Source of the DNA: Octopus vulgaris
Taxonomy: Eukaryota
Assembly (NCBI GenBank): GCA_951406725.2
Contig: OX597816.1
Coordinates: 149,358,001 to 149,422,000 of the forward strand
Direction: 5' to 3'
Length of the DNA: 64,000 nucleotides
The notes under the pieces are model-generated. The model searched no databases. It was not told the DNA's origin and saw only the letters and a list, made by a program, of their open reading frames with translations. The position numbers and the translations under genes are program-made. Positions 13,771 through 28,394 of the stretch are shown here, piece after piece; positions within the stretch are counted from its first letter, which is position 1; each line of letters begins with the position of its first letter.

Positions 13771-14235
13771 CACAGTCCTTTTAAGAAAATGGCCTAATGC
13801 AATTTTAATTCCACAATACATATAGGCAGATATTCTCCGCAAACATTTCTCGCTGTGAACCCATTCTTTCTCAGCAGACTTCTTGATGAAAGCGTTTGAA
13901 AAATGTTATAACTTCTGAAATAAACTGTAATATAGATTGTATTTGTATAAACAACATTCAAATAAACAAACAGGATTACTAAATCTATGTTAAGTATTCT
14001 TGATCTCAGTTTGTGTTTGAATAAATGACAACAATGAGGCTTAAAAATAGACCATAACCTGTTCTGAAGAAATGGAGACAACAACAATAAATGAAGTGTC
14101 TATTTTGCTAAGGGTCTAAGAGATTAAATCGACAGCCCACTTGGCCAAATATAGTGCATTCTTATCCTATCCTGTACAGTGTTGTGTTATGACCTGCGTA
14201 TGGTAGTGAAAAATTCCGTCAATTCCATTTTCTTG

Positions 14236-14239
<4 letters not shown>

Positions 14240-14275
<36 letters not shown>

Positions 14276-14845
14276 TTTTCTTTATTAACCACAAGGGTTT
14301 ACATTAAGAAAAACATTATGGACAGTACAGGACAAAACAAAGAATGTGTGTGTGTGTGAGTTGTGAGGGTTTTGCGTGCAAACAAGACTAACAAAATGAT
14401 AAAAAGGAAGGAGAAAGAAATCAACAATGTGATATCCTCAATAGGGAGGAGACGTCCGAGGGCTACTCATGGAAAAACTCCATAAAAAACCATGGGTACC
14501 CTGACTTTTGGGGCAGGTGCCTTTTTCTTTCCTTTTTTCAACTACAGGCGTATGTTCGGTGCAGGCCCGTTCACTCGCACCATTCTTACTACTTTCATCC
14601 ACCTTTCAGCAAACTGGCTTGAAGACAACACTTCTCTCTCTATTCTTATTTCCCTTTTGAAGTGAAACTTGAAGAGGTTGATCAGGGATTGGTCAAAGAG
14701 AAAAGTGTTTGTCTTCAGTCCCTTCAATCTCGTCCACCATACAACCTCTTTCGCCATGGCCACAAGACATATATAAACAGCCTTTCATTCCTGGTTAAAG
14801 GAAGGCAGCGGGGCAATCTTCACGATGGATTCAGTTGACAGCGTG
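14240..14845 (-). mobile_element. Tx1/L1-like LINE 3' end with (TTA)n tail
   Basis: ORF 14542-14763 AMAKEVVWWTRLKG...FAERWM; minus-strand AATAAA followed by (TTA)n. Confidence 0.7.
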
Positions 14846-14900
14846 TGACAATCACTGATGACGGGTCAATACTCAGGAACTCGGGTCCGTGTGTATCATG
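14845..14900 (+). ncRNA. Degenerate minimal hammerhead ribozyme motif
   Basis: CTGATGA-C-GGGT caat ACTC-A-GGAAC-TCGG-GTC; GAAA box mutated and stem I imperfect. Confidence 0.4.
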
Positions 14901-15307
14901 TTAGGTTGTAGATGGGAAGGATGGCTTCCCTTTGGAAATACTGATAGGGCACAGAAAGTGTGTCAATAGCCAGCTGGAGGATGTGTCATCCTGGGGCTGC
15001 AAGCAACAGTAGCATCCACCCTTAAGGGTTAGCCACATTTAAGTGGTAAATATACTTCGCGATTTCTTGTAAACTGTTTTTAACATTTTCTTATTATTAT
15101 CAAAGAATGTATATATGTATATACTTTTGTGACAACCAGTACTTAACACCACAAAGCTTATACAAAGTTTTACATTTTACTTTTGACAATAATTTTCTAA
15201 AAAAGTCAAACCGGTCAAGTGAAAAAACATCTTTAAAATTGCATTTTCAAACCTTCTTTCATATATATTTCCACTCATGCAGTATCTTACAGATTTACTT
15301 TGTTATC

Positions 15308-15390
<83 letters not shown>

Positions 15391-15594
15391 ATATATATAT
15401 ATATATATTATTGTTTTTTCTACCAGTAATTACAAATAGAACATGTTGAATTCCTTCATTTCAAGGCAGCGCTCTCAGTGGTCAGTGACCACTGGTAGTA
15501 GTAAACACATTTGACCTCTGCTGACCCAAAGGGTTCGAAAGTTCCTTTGTTTCTATGGCTGACCTCCCCACCATCTGCCGAATCTATTTATAGA

Positions 15595-15790
15595 CCTGTA
15601 GAATATGATCAAATAGGTGTTGCAATAAGGGTGGAGCACTTGCGGAAAACAGTACTGCTTGGAACCTCTCGAATACTCCGGAAGGTGCTCGAAAAATAAG
15701 AGGTGTTACCTTAGTTCACTGGTAGTGAACAGCTGACACTGTAATACATCTCCAGCGTTAGAAGCTGTGCAAAGGCAACAACAACAATAA
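15595..15790 (+). mobile_element. R4/Dong-like LINE 3' end
   Basis: EHLRKTVLLGTSRILRKVLEK* then short UTR and CAA/TAAA tail. Confidence 0.7.
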
Positions 15791-18143
15791 ATAAATAAAT
15801 AAATATATAAAAATAAAGCGGAAAAAGTAGCAGTTACATTTACAGAATATGCTTATTTCTGATTGGTAGTAACATAAAACGCTTGAGAAACTTACTCTCG
15901 TCTTGAATAATGAACTCATTACTACAAACCAACGATTCAGTGGTCCAGAATAGTACTATATTATTAACTAAAAGATCAATCAATGTTATTCTGTCGTTGG
16001 TGCTGTGTAGTATCGATGACAAGGCCTCTTAAATTTTATTGAGAAAATTTACGTTGGCGAAACAAAAGAATGTGAAGTTAGAAAGTAGAGGAACGAAACA
16101 TAATATTTTAAGGCATTTAATCTGACATTCTACTGATTCTGCCAAATCACCGCCATGAAATTAACGAAATCTATCAAAATCTTCAAGATAAGCATTCAAT
16201 TTAGTTGGCAGATTAGGGAAAAAAAATACGGCCTTCACAGATTTTCTACTGATTCAGCTGACAAGCAGTGATCTCATCCACTAGCTTTCATTCTGTCTGT
16301 CTCTCCTATTTTGTAATGTTGATTCCCACCCTCTTTATAAGTTGAGCGTAAAAGTAATACATGACATTTTTTGATTTCGTTCATATGAACATTACGTTGT
16401 AGTAGTATGATAAATAACATGTATGGTTCTTCAGAACCGTGGACAGAAAGATTTATCCCTAGAAGAAGGTTGTTTTCGAACTCCTGTTCACCAATTATCA
16501 AAATCAAGTGCAGCATAATTTTAACTATTTATTTATTACCGAAGATCACACAATTCCGAACTGGGTTTTAGCTGTGTCAGAAGTATTTTGCATGCTTTCT
16601 TGCGCAAAAAGTTTTGTGTATCTGAAATCTGCAACTTCAATTTGTAGTTTTCGCAAAATGTTCGATGAACAAACATTTTGCTAAGGCTGCCGCGGCAGGC
16701 ATCGCGAAAAGAAAATTCAGAGCGTTACACAAACATTTGGAGTAATGTTTTCGAGTTTGTGACAGTATACTTCGTTGAGTAAATCTATGGGCTTAAATTG
16801 TAGTTCCCCTATGTTATAATTTTCATGTCGGTTAATTCATTTGAAAGTCCTTTGGTAGTTGCATGGGCATTTTACATTTGTGTAGAGAACATGCACTTTG
16901 TGGTCAAAAGACTTTCCGGTGTAGACAACTTTTTCCAGATCAACAAAAAAGTATGAGAAGTGTTCTTTGCAGTTTCAAATCTTGTTAAGATTCTACTTGA
17001 AGGAATCGTCAATCGGAGCGGAGAACCCCTCCAAAATAAGGGAGTTTCATGCATCAGAATCCTCTGAACGGTTTTCATAACTCCTCAGAAAACTTCTTTC
17101 GCTTTAGCTAATGTATTTGAATGTATTTGAATTACTGTGCAATTTGCAGACTGTTAGTAACATGTCTTCATTCTGTCAGTAGAGTGTCAAGTTAATTTCG
17201 ATATTTCTACGGATATTTTTTTATGAATATTTCAATGTTGTTCTCTCCATTCTCGACCATGACATCTTTCGATTCTAATTTTATGCTTCAGAGGTTTATA
17301 GGAGCAACAATGTTGTACCAGATGGTTCAATAAGGGACATCCTGTTATAAATAGGTATTATTTTGTGAGTAATCCCCACTGGATGTCATGATACGTGTGA
17401 CAGTGTGACAACCTACAAACAAGAGAATGTTAGTGTGTGTGTGTGTGTGTGTGTGTGTGCATGCGCATGCACATGTGTGTGTATGTGTGTATGAGAGAAA
17501 GAAAGAGAAAGAGAGAGAGAGAGAGAGTATGTGGTGGGGTATTCAATAATGCTTCCTACTATAAGTACAAGGGCCTGAAATTATGGGGAAGAGGACTAGT
17601 CGATTGTATCAACACCATTGTCCAACTCGTACTTATTTTATCGACCTCAGAAGAAAGAAAGACAAAGTTCAGTTCCTCAGCGGAATTTGGAAGAAAGCTG
17701 GAAGAAATTCCATAAGTTGTTTGTCCGGAGTACAAAACGATTCTGCATGCTAACGCTTGCGTTCAATAATGAAAGCAAATAATTCATGCAGTTCGGTGGA
17801 AAAGATATTGCAATAAAAGGAAATGGTGACGGAAAGGAAATAAGAATGATGGAGACTAAAGGGGTGGGGAGGAAGAGGAGTGATCAGTAAATGAATCTGT
17901 ATTTTTTATATATCACATAACTGGTAATAGGGAAGACCCAGCCAGTGTTGCGTATTATTGTTTTGTAGCGGTCGATTGATAGAATCGTTAGAGCATCGGA
18001 TAGAATGTTTTATGGTATTGGTCCTGAGTTCAGATCCCACATAGGTAAAATATACTTTTCATCCTTTTGAGGTCGATAAATAAATACCAGTCAATTACTG
18101 GGACCAGTTCGTCTTCTCTCTCTCTCTCTCTCCTTTCTGTCTT

Positions 18144-18178
<35 letters not shown>

Positions 18179-18384
18179 CACACACACACACACACACACA
18201 CGCGCGCGCACACACGCACACACAACTTCATCTCTGGAAGAAATTAATCGTGTTTAAACCTGGAGAAGGATAGTTTCGACCAAGTTTAAAACACTTAAGA
18301 TGCGCCGAATGTTGCTGCGACTCCATCAAGGAGCTGACGCCCCAGAGAAAGAAACTGCTTAAGATCCATCGGTCAGTGTGATCA

Positions 18385-18579
18385 GACTTATGTTTCTGCG
18401 GCCATGCTGGGATTGTCGAACAAATCGATCGCAGTATTTGATTTGTCTAGAGTTTGGTACCTGTTCTATTGTGTCCTTTTGCCGAACTGCTAAGTTACAG
18501 GCTCGCAAACAAACCAACACCAGTTGTCAAGCGGTGGTGGAGGACAAACACAAACACAAAGATACACATATACATGCAC

Positions 18580-18617
<38 letters not shown>

Positions 18618-18800
18618 TTATATACATATACACAGATATAAACGACGGGCTTCTTTCAGTTTCCGTCAACCAAATGCACTCTAAAGGCGGTGGTCGGTTC
18701 GGGGCTGTAGTAGAAGACACTTGCTCAAGGTGATGCACAGTGGGACTGCTCACGAAACCATCTGATGAGGAACCAAACTTCTCACTACTCAGCCACGTCT
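18385..18800 (-). mobile_element. SINE family A
   Basis: GCCGAACTGCTAAGTTAC...GACGGGCTTCTTTCAGTTTCCGTC...GTAGAAGACACTTGC. Confidence 0.85.
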
Positions 18801-19699
18801 GCTTTGATTTAGTTACTTGGTCATAGCTTATCTTATTATCTAATTTCAAAATATTTCATAGACCCTAAGACGCCGTTTTTTTTTTTTACCACCTTCTTAT
18901 CAGCTCGATGTCCTGGATTTGTTTCAAACGGTGTTTCTTTTTTTTTTTTGTACCGCGTAAATCGCTTTGCGAAAATGTGAGAAATTAACTTTTGTCAGTG
19001 AGTAGACCAGATTGAATCGAGTATATTCTTGTTACTATTTTATCAACTCTCATTCCAAAACTATGGCCAAAATCCTGATAGAAGACAGTGGTGTTGTGAC
19101 TGCCGATGGACTTTGAGATACGAATGACAGAAGATGATGTGTGACACGTCTTACATTGCGCTCGACGTGAGTGAAAGTTGTGACCGACAGATGATGAGAG
19201 TAATGAAATGTAAAGTCAACTTCAGGGTGATAAGAACTTAGAATGACACTCAACAATTTCCGCCAACTTTGCAACGTTTTACTCATCTTTCTGTTTCTCT
19301 GTTAGTCTGCATAGCCCTGTATTAGCTGCAAAGGAATACTAATCACCAACTTGAGGAAGGTAATGTACAGGATTAAGCATCAGCACTCAGGCAGTCTCAG
19401 GAACCGATACTTACAGTTTCAAGTTTATAACATTTTGGAACTTACATTCCCCGGGGGAAATCTTTCTGATAAGCAGTATCTGATAAGTTAATGCTGCCCC
19501 CGGTGGATGGTGGAGATAGAAAACTGGGTAGCAACAAATCGCTGTATCTTGGCCGTTCTTATCGTCTGCTGAAGATAGTTGGATATATAAAAAAACAAAC
19601 AACACTCGTATTGTTTTACCCCTTTCTGCAGTTGGTGATGTGTAAGCGGTTAGTTCTCAACAAGCTGAGGCTGCGTTGCAGTTTCGTAATCCCAACTCT

Positions 19700-20068
19700 T
19701 TTACTCTTTTATATGTTTCAGTCATTTGACTGCGGCTATGCTGGAGCACCGCCTTTATTCGAACAAATCGACCCCAGAACTCATTCTTTGTAAGCCTAGT
19801 ACTTATTCTATCGGTTTCTTTTGCCAGAATGCTAAGTTACGGGGACGTAAACACACCATCATCAATTGTCAAGCGATGATGGGGTGGGGGACAAACACAC
19901 ATGCACACACACACACACATATATGGCAGGCTTCTTTCAGTTTCTGTCTACCAAATCCACTCACAACGCTTTGGTCGGACCGAGGCTACAGTAGAAGACA
20001 CTTGCTCGGGGTGTCACTGACTCCGGAACCATGTGGTTGGTAAGCAAGCCACTTACTACACAGCCACG
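19700..20068 (-). mobile_element. SINE family A
   Basis: GTTTCAGTCATTTGACTGCGGC...ACTTACTACACAGCCAC. Confidence 0.85.
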
Positions 20069-20187
20069 GATATATTCTTATTTCATCTCTGGAAAAACAT
20101 AAACCGCAGACAATAAAAATGTATGTATGTATGTATGTATGTATGTATGTATGTATGTATGTATGTATGTATGTATGTATGTATGTA

Positions 20188-20248
<61 letters not shown>

Positions 20249-20749
20249 TCTAAGTCGTAGACCATAACACAAGGCAACTAGCTAACTGAAATTTTACATA
20301 GGGATAGAGCTTTTTTTTTTTAAGCGGTCATAACGTAACAATTCCTGAAATTTCTTCATATTAGCTTCTGACAAAAACCAAGAATATTGTATAGTGCCAA
20401 GTACTGCAATAGATATTGGAAAAATTTACTGATTAAAAGAAAAATGAATTTAAAGTAATTATGTAAATTAGTACAGTTTTTCTTTAAAAAAAAAAGGAGA
20501 AAAGAAAAGAAAAGAAAAAAGAAAGAAAAGTACGTTTTCCCTGTGAAAATGGAAGTAATATTTTAACTTTGATTTATTTTTTGCTATTTTTATGAAATAC
20601 AGCTTGAACCATCTATTGAATTGCAGCAATTCTTAGTGGATTAACATTCCTGGACCAGCTGAAGAGTGCCAACATTTTCTAAAGGTAATTTATCCAAAAT
20701 CATAATGAATTTATTTGATTGTAATTATTTTACTGCACGTACTGTTCTA

Positions 20750-20783
20750 ATAACCCCAGGTAAGGTCGGATACGGTTGCTAGT
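20750..20783 (+). mobile_element. Possible Helitron 3' terminus
   Basis: Degenerate GC hairpin CCCCAGGTAAGGTCGG followed about 10 nt later by CTAG-T. Confidence 0.4.
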
Positions 20784-21889
20784 TCTATATAACTCAAATG
20801 TGTCATGTCTATGGATGAATACATTGTCGTGTTACCTGGTCTTTTCCTTCCCTAGCAATCAGTTTCCAAAGGGTTAAATTAGATGGGAAAGTATTATACT
20901 CAAAACACAATTATTACCTGATGTTAGATATGAACTTACAATTTTCGAGACGTGTTGAAAATTACTTTGATTATTGTGTTTCTGTTGATAAGATTATCAA
21001 CCTGTTGCTTGAAAATATTCTATGGATTTGTCTTACAGTTAAAGCTCCTTATTTGCAAGCTTTCAAGCTTCCATTGCTGAAAACATCAACAACAACATAC
21101 ACATACAGAAACATACGCACTGCAATTATTAAATGGATAAAATGTTGATTTCTTGGTTGGAGTTATCCGTTCCTTCATATGTTCCGATCTCGTCACTCAA
21201 AAAAAGATACTGAAAATTTTATTTTCTCCCGTTAAGCAGGAGAGTAGGTAAGAATGCATATGCAGGAGTGAAGTGAAGTGGAGAAGACAAGCTGGCAGAT
21301 CTAAGATGCACGTTTAACTAAGTGAGGAAGAGGGAGAAGGAGAGAGAGAGAGAGACTCTGTGTGTGTATAAATGGGGAAAAAAATGAAAATGAAAAAACA
21401 GAAAAGATGGAGTAAGAAAGAAATATAATAGAAAAAGAGAGATGGGGACCAAATGAAAGAGAGAGACCCGAATTTACTGGAAACGAGCGTAAAATATCGG
21501 TATCAGATCCTTTACACATTCGAATGTAGAACAACCTGAACAATGTATAAAATTTGGCATCATACAATTCGCATTTCTCTTTCTTACAAGACTCTCTAAA
21601 GGCTTTTAACTCGCTTTGTTTTTGTGAAATATTTTCAAGCAATAAACAATTTGAGAGAAGGAAATACATTATGAATAAAACTGATAAAAAAAAAATGGAG
21701 GCTATAAATACATTTTTTCTTCTTAATTCCCCACCACTCATATTTTGGCAATCATGTATATGGTTTCGCGATATCTTCACATGGTATTCAGAACTCGCAT
21801 ATGCCACCACCACTCTCTCTCTCTTTCTCCCCCCCCCCCCACACGTACTCTGCTCACTCTGAGCGGATAAAAACGAAACGACGTGGAGA

Positions 21890-22465
21890 GTTAATTTGGT
21901 TTTATACTCAAACAGTTAGTAGAGGTACGGTCAGAAAGACATAGAAAAGAGAGTGAAAAAGGACACAAAATGCCCTTACACCTCAACTTCGTCGACTTTC
22001 AAGCTGCCTTCGATGCGATTTAGGAAAAGGTCTTATAGAAGGTAATAACAGAAATAAGTGTACGCCGGAAGATAGTGCAAATCAGAGACGCGTTATACAA
22101 CACTTTCGTAAGTGCTATGTTCGTGAATAGTTAGCCGAATACGTGTGAGTCTGAGGTAATGTTAACTGCTTTCCTTCAGCCTTTCCGACGTCTTCCTGAC
22201 ATGTGTTATGAAAGAACTGAAAAACTTGGATAAAAGCCTAGTATTTGTTGGAGTCCTCCTCATAGATATTAGAAAAACTAACGATACAATCCTAATATCG
22301 ACGATCTTTGCAAAATTGAATATATTCATTGTATTGTTAAACGAAGTATAAAAAAAAATGGGGCATGGAACTTAATGACGTGTATTGCAAGATACTTTCA
22401 CCTAGCATGGAAATAATCAAACTAGATGATTCTGAATTAGAATAGGTCACAAAATTTGTTTTTCG
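21890..22465 (+). mobile_element. RTE-like reverse transcriptase fragment (decayed)
   Basis: LNFVDFQAAFDAI*EKVL*KV (RT FVDFxxAFD motif). Confidence 0.7.
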
Positions 22466-22473
22466 GAAGTATA

Positions 22474-22690
22474 CGATGGGGTGCTGAAAAGTTCCTGGCT
22501 TTGGGTAAAAGAAAATACAGGAAGATCAGTTAATTATGATTTTATACAACACATTCCCCTCTCAGATTCACACACTTGTTGCAACAGTCCTTCAGTTTTT
22601 CTAAGCCCTGTAAAAGACTCGGAAGTTTGGGCCTACAACCAGGCCTTTCGCAATATTCTTAAGGCCAGGAACTTTTCAGCAACCCCATCG
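22474..22690. mobile_element. Mariner-type MITE
   Basis: TIR CGATGGGGTGCTGAAAAGTTCCTGGC / GCCAGGAACTTTTCAGCAACCCCATCG; TA on left, CA on right. Confidence 0.85.
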
Positions 22691-22799
22691 CAGTTCCAAA
22701 TGGATCAGAAGACGTGAAAATATGATCCACACTAATATGTACAGTATTTGGGAAAACTTAGAAATAGGATGGTGATATTGCCTTACTTGTAGATTAGAT

Positions 22800-23531
22800 A
22801 TTCGCGAGACGTTTATTGAATCCTTACAAACACACGTATGTTCCATCGTTGCCCCAGAAATTGAATGCAGAATCAGATCTAGAAAAGGCTCTATATATAT
22901 GATCTTTAGACGTTAGAGAGTGGCAAGAGAAGTGTATAGAACAGACTCCTCTTTTATCAAGTGTTTGTAGATTTCACGAAGGCCTTTGATAAAGAGAATC
23001 GAAATGCACTATTGAAGATCTTGGGAAAGTTAGGCTACCCATCTAAATTTGTTCGTGTTTGCCCAACTACAAACTGATACAAAAGCTTACTTCATCTCAA
23101 ATGATGCTCTGTTGGAACCAATCGCTATGAACAATCGTGTTAAGTAGAAGGGTATATTTGCGCCTACTTTGTTTTCTATAGACTTTGCTGTCGTAATTGT
23201 TCATGTATTTAAGGACTATGATCTTGGCATACTTGTCCGCTATCGCACAATAGGTAAACTTCTTAAACTGAATCGTTTCAAAGCTAAATCGAAAGCTTAC
23301 ATAACTCTAATCTTTATCTTTTACTTGTTTCAGTCATTAGATTGCGGCCATGCTGAGACATGCTTTAAAGAATCTTTAGTCGAACGAATCTACTCCAGTA
23401 CTTATGTTTTAAAGCCTGGTACTTATTCTATCCGTCTCTCTTGCCAAACCTCAAAGTTATGAGGATGTGAGCACACCAACACCGGTTGTCAAGCGGTGGC
23501 GGGAGAAACAGATACAAAAACAAACACAAAG

Positions 23532-23579
<48 letters not shown>

Positions 23580-24140
23580 CACGCTTCTTTCAATTTCTAT
23601 CTACCAAATCCACTCACAAGGCTTTAGTCGGCCCGCAATGGGACTGAACCCAGACCATATGGTTGGGAAGCAAGCTTCTTACCACGCAGCCACGACTACA
23701 CCGAAACTGATGATTGTCTTTGAGGCTCACTTGGTGCAAGATATTTAGAAAATAATGAACTTTTTCTCCTTTTCCTGTACTACTTTTAGCTTTACAATAA
23801 TCTTGAAGAAAATCTGTGGTGGTGTTTACGCTTGTTACAGATGAGCCGTATGTGGAATTAAATATATTTGTTCATATGAGTTGATATAGTGAATTTTTTT
23901 GTGTTTCTCGACAGCTTCGTCTATAGTAATGAAACTCTAGATTCTGAGAATAAGTTGAAAATTCAATGGGCTTCAATCGCGTTTAGGACACCGCAAAAAT
24001 GAATATGGTCAGATAGGATCTTAAAAATTGCCACCACAGTTTGCAAATCCCTGTTATACTCGTCTGAGACGGACGCTATATTGATATCCGAAAAATTTTA
24101 ACAGAAGTGTTTGAAACATTAAATATCAATTGTAAATCTT
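22800..24140 (+). mobile_element. RTE-BovB-like RT fragment interrupted by a family A SINE (23315-23700, minus)
   Basis: VREWQEKCIEQ...FVDFTKAFD...ILGKLGYPSKFV; IFAPTLFSIDF...VRYRTIGKLLKLNRFKAKSK. Confidence 0.8.
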
Positions 24141-24269
24141 TTATACCTAACACTGGAAAGGGCGGACTGTCTTGGTATGGAAAGTTGCTTTATGAACTAC
24201 ATATATATATATACGATAGGTTGGTTGTGTTATCCGTCTTGATTTAATGTTTCCGGAGCCATTACTTAA

Positions 24270-24600
24270 CGAAAAATTAGGTCTCGGTAGCAAATTAGAA
24301 AGGTCAATATCGTTACAAAAGACAAACTTAAATCTTTGAACATTAGATCTGTTAATTGGGGACATCTCATATTTAACAGAAGTGAATGATGACCTGTAAC
24401 CATCAGTTTGAGTCATGATTTCAAGTTTCTAATGCTATTACTTAATGAAGAATTAGGTCTCGGTAACGGTAAATGGCACCAACATGAAATGAAAAGGTCA
24501 TGCCGTCAAAAAAGACAAAGTTAAATCTTTGAACATTAGCATTGTTAACTGGGGACGTTTCACATTTAACAGAAGGGAATGATGACCTGTAACCTGCAGT
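24270..24600. repeat. Diverged local direct duplication (about 130-bp unit)
   Basis: AATTAGGTCTCGGTA...AAATCTTTGAACATTAG...GAATGATGACCTGTAACC at about 24275-24400 and 24451-24594. Confidence 0.75.
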
Positions 24601-24886
24601 TCGAGAAAAGTCGAATTGCCTTTGAAAAAGTGAAACGTAAAGCCCGAAATCTGTAGGGTTGAAGCACATGCATACATAAACATACTCATGCGCACACACT
24701 CGTGGTGCTCACACGCATGCACACACACACGTGAAGAGAAAAAAGGAACAAAATACAAAAAAAAAAAAGACGGAAGAAAATTATAATAAAAATTATGGGT
24801 ATAATTAATAGTGATATCGTTTCAAGTCCACACAGATACGCGCACACGCCCTGTACAAGGCGGGTTCAGCCGGTACATCAGCCACA

Positions 24887-25119
24887 AAGGCGGTGAGCTG
24901 GCAGAAACGTTAGCACGCCGGGCGAAATGCGTAGCCGTATTTCGTCTGCCGTTACGTTCTGAGTTCAAATTCCGCCGAGGTCGACTTTGCCTTTCATCGT
25001 TTCGGGGTAGATAAATTAAGTACCAGCTACGCACTGGGGTCGATGTGATCGACTTACTCCGTTTGTCTGTCCTTGTTTGTTCCCTCTATGTTTAGCCCTT
25101 TGTGGGTAATAAAGAAACA
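24887..25119 (+). mobile_element. SINE family B, young copy with 15-bp TSD
   Basis: AAGGCGGTGAGCTGGCAGAAACG...GAGTTCAAATTCCGCC; GGTACATCAGCCACA at 24872-86 and 25120-34. Confidence 0.92.
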
Positions 25120-26924
25120 GGTACATCAGCCACAGTCCCGTGAATATGTGACAAGCCTCTCCATAAGAAAATTGAACAAAAGAAAGTTAAGAAAATAGAA
25201 AATGCTCACAGCCTCCTTGAATTTTGGGAAGAGTGATGAGAATACCGAAAGCAATCTTGACGTACATAGCAAAATTTCTCTCGGAAGCCCTGCATATATA
25301 CTTAGATATTGTTTTACTTCTCACCACAAAGTTAATACTATATTTATCGTTATGTACCGTTGGTTACAAGGTGAACAAAAGTATAATGCGACCATCATGC
25401 GATCACAGCTTTCAACCGACGTAATTTTCATGTATCGAAACCTTAATATTCATTTCATTCGTGTTGTTAATTACTTCCAGTAAAGCCGTGAATAAGACTA
25501 CTCATGCCTTTGCTGTTGGGGGTGGACGTGGGAAATTAAATAATCCTATTATGAAAGCAATGACTTTATTCGATTTTGATTTCTATTCGTGTCACTAATT
25601 TCCTGAAGAAATATATAAAAAAACACCTTTGAAGTCACACATTGAGGATTCTTATCTACGGAATGATTCCTCGGACTGTTAATTTGTTTTTCTTTTTACT
25701 CCTTCTGTACTAAAAAACAATGTTTTGAATAGTTTACTCTTCGTTTGAGGTTAGATCATGTTCATATTCTTGTGTCCGCACTAGAATTTAACACTCATAA
25801 CTTTATTTGTACTTACGTAAATAAATTACTACATTATTTGCTAGTCGAACCAATTTCATGTTTACTTTACTCCACCAATATTCTAGAGAAACCCATGAAA
25901 GTCATTATATATAATTTCAACTCAACCAGAAACCCAAGGACATGTGTCTTTGCAAAGAAATGAGTTAACATTATGCGTGATCGTGCTTGAAAATTAAAAC
26001 ATATCTATTTACGACAGTCAAAATCAGGTCTCTAAGTAAATAGCTGCTTGGTTCCATGTGGACATTATTTTTTCTATTTATTCTTCTCAAAGGACAAATG
26101 TATCCATTACCAATGTTTTGCATCGTCAGCTTTATATACATACTAGTCACTGCGGTTATTGATGAAATGGCCGACAATATATTGCAGTCTTTTCTTTTTA
26201 TTATCATTGTTTTTGTTATTTCTATGTTCTTTTTCATCCTTCTTTAATTCATTTCTCCTCGGTAGGAAAAGGATCAAATTTCAGAGTTAACACACAGCGC
26301 AAGTTCTGAAATCATTTATTTATACATATCTTTGCAAGAGATAATGATCTTGTTGCTGTGTTAGCTGTTGTTGTTGTTCATGATGGCGTCAAAGATGCTG
26401 CTTTCTATTGCTGTTATTATTTTAGCTTCAATCATGGTGAGCTGAGAAAATCATTAGAGAGCAGAAAAAATTACTTGTGGTATTCATCCCGGCTCAATCC
26501 AGCCTAAGTCTACTTTACAATTCGCTTCTGCCGGGTCGATAAAATAAAGCACTAGTCAAATATTGGAGTCGATGGTATCAACTGATCTCCCACCCTCAAA
26601 ATTGCTGGTCTCGTATCTAAATCAGAAATATTATTATTGTTACAATGTTCGCTGTGAAAATGGAATGTCAGTTTTGCTCTTGTTTAATCCCTGAGCAGTG
26701 TTGTGATCAAAGATAGTCCAGTTCAGCTATGGTCATCCAATCTTTTAAGTGAACATATATGACTAAATTATTCAAAATGTTCTTTCCTTTCCCAAGACAT
26801 ACTTCGAGGAAGATTTAGCTTCTATTTCAAGCAGGTCGAACGACCGCGTTCCATTTGAACTAAGTTCTGATGACTATTTATTCTTCAAAGTGATCATCGT
26901 AGACTTCCTTTACATTATTGTGTG

Positions 26925-26956
<32 letters not shown>

Positions 26957-27099
26957 TGTATGTATGTATGTATGTATGTATGTATGTATGTATGTATGTA
27001 TGTATGTGTGTGAGTGTGTATGCATGTGCTTGTATGTACGTACGTGCTTATGTATTCTTGTATGTATGCATGTAAGTTTGTAAGTATGCTTGTATGTAA

Positions 27100-27370
27100 G
27101 CATGGCCTAATGGTTAGAATGTTGCACTCACGATCGCAAGATCGTGGGTTCAAATTCTGACCGATGTGGTCTTGTGTAAAGCACATCATCTCACTTTGCT
27201 CTGCGATCACTTCGACATCCGGCGCGTAGTATACGGTGCACCTGTACAGGTAATGTCGATTTGATAGAGTGAGCTAATTTACAGCATGAACATTTCATAA
27301 ACAAATCATCTGTGCAGGTAATTCAGCAAGAAATTGCAGAACCGTCTTTCTCGAACTCAAGAGACTACCA
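27100..27370 (+). mobile_element. tRNA-headed SINE related to family C
   Basis: GCATGGCCTAATGGTTAG (A box)...GGTTCAAATTC (B box). Confidence 0.7.
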
Positions 27371-27424
27371 TATATATCGCGCGCGCGCGTGTGTGTGTGT
27401 GAACGTATGTATGTTTGTATGTAT

Positions 27425-27860
27425 ATCATTATTCAGTTTTATTTCAAAATTTCTTGCCAATAAGGAAGGAGCCGGTTTCTAACCTAGATTCAAGGCTCCT
27501 TCATAGCAATTTCAACAACATCAATAGGATATTTTTGTATGCATGCATGCATGTATGTATGTATGTATGTATGTATGTATGTATGTATGTATGTATGTAT
27601 GTATGTATAGGTGCAGATTTGTATGCTTTCTTTTATGTATGAATTATCATACGTATAGTTGCATGTCTAGACATGCTCATATATGCTTAAATGATAAAAA
27701 CTTCCGAAAGTTTTACAGATTTTTACAGTTCCAGTGATTGATTGGATCTGTAGTCTTCGAATCAGCTTTCTTTTCTGGTTCTGAGAAGCCTAATTTCTCA
27801 AGATTGGTATTTAGGCAGTGTGTTACATATCCCAGTGCCCCAATAATTATAGGTATATAT
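27425..27860 (-). mobile_element. R4/Dong-like LINE 3' end
   Basis: YIPIIIGALGYVTHCLNTNLEKLGF followed by 3' UTR broken by (TATG)n. Confidence 0.7.
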
Positions 27861-28394
27861 GTATGTAAGTATGTATGTATGTATGCGTATGAACATATAT
27901 ATGTATGGATAGATAAATGGATGGATGGATGGATGCATGCACGTATACATGTATACATACACCCCATCATACACACATGCATGCGCACATATATGCATGT
28001 ATACATGTATGCATATTCATATGTATATACATAAGTACTCATGGATACAAACATGGACGGCATTCTGTATTTGAATCTTATTACTTGCTGAACTTTTTGA
28101 ATGTTTGCATATTTTAACTGCTCGTAGCTATAATCTTCTGATTAGCAGTGTTCTTTCTGATTTTGTGAATACCAACTTCTCAAGATTGATACAAAGGCCC
28201 GTAGTCAAGTGTTTCAATAATTGTATGTAGAAATCTAAAGCTTTCGTTTGAGCAGAGAACCTGTAGATTTCTCATCAGTTCGACTTAAATGTTCGCCGTT
28301 TCACTAACTTTAGGTTGTCATTTGCTGGGCAACTGATATAAACTCCTGTGCATTGTTCTTTGCTTGGTCAAAACATCTTTCTCAATTTATAATA

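Noticed and set aside
16230-17330. Non-repetitive stretch that may be a decayed transposase
   Set aside because: No motif I can assign; frames are broken
21301-21862. 170-aa and 102-aa ORFs
   Set aside because: Low-complexity composition and no recognisable domain
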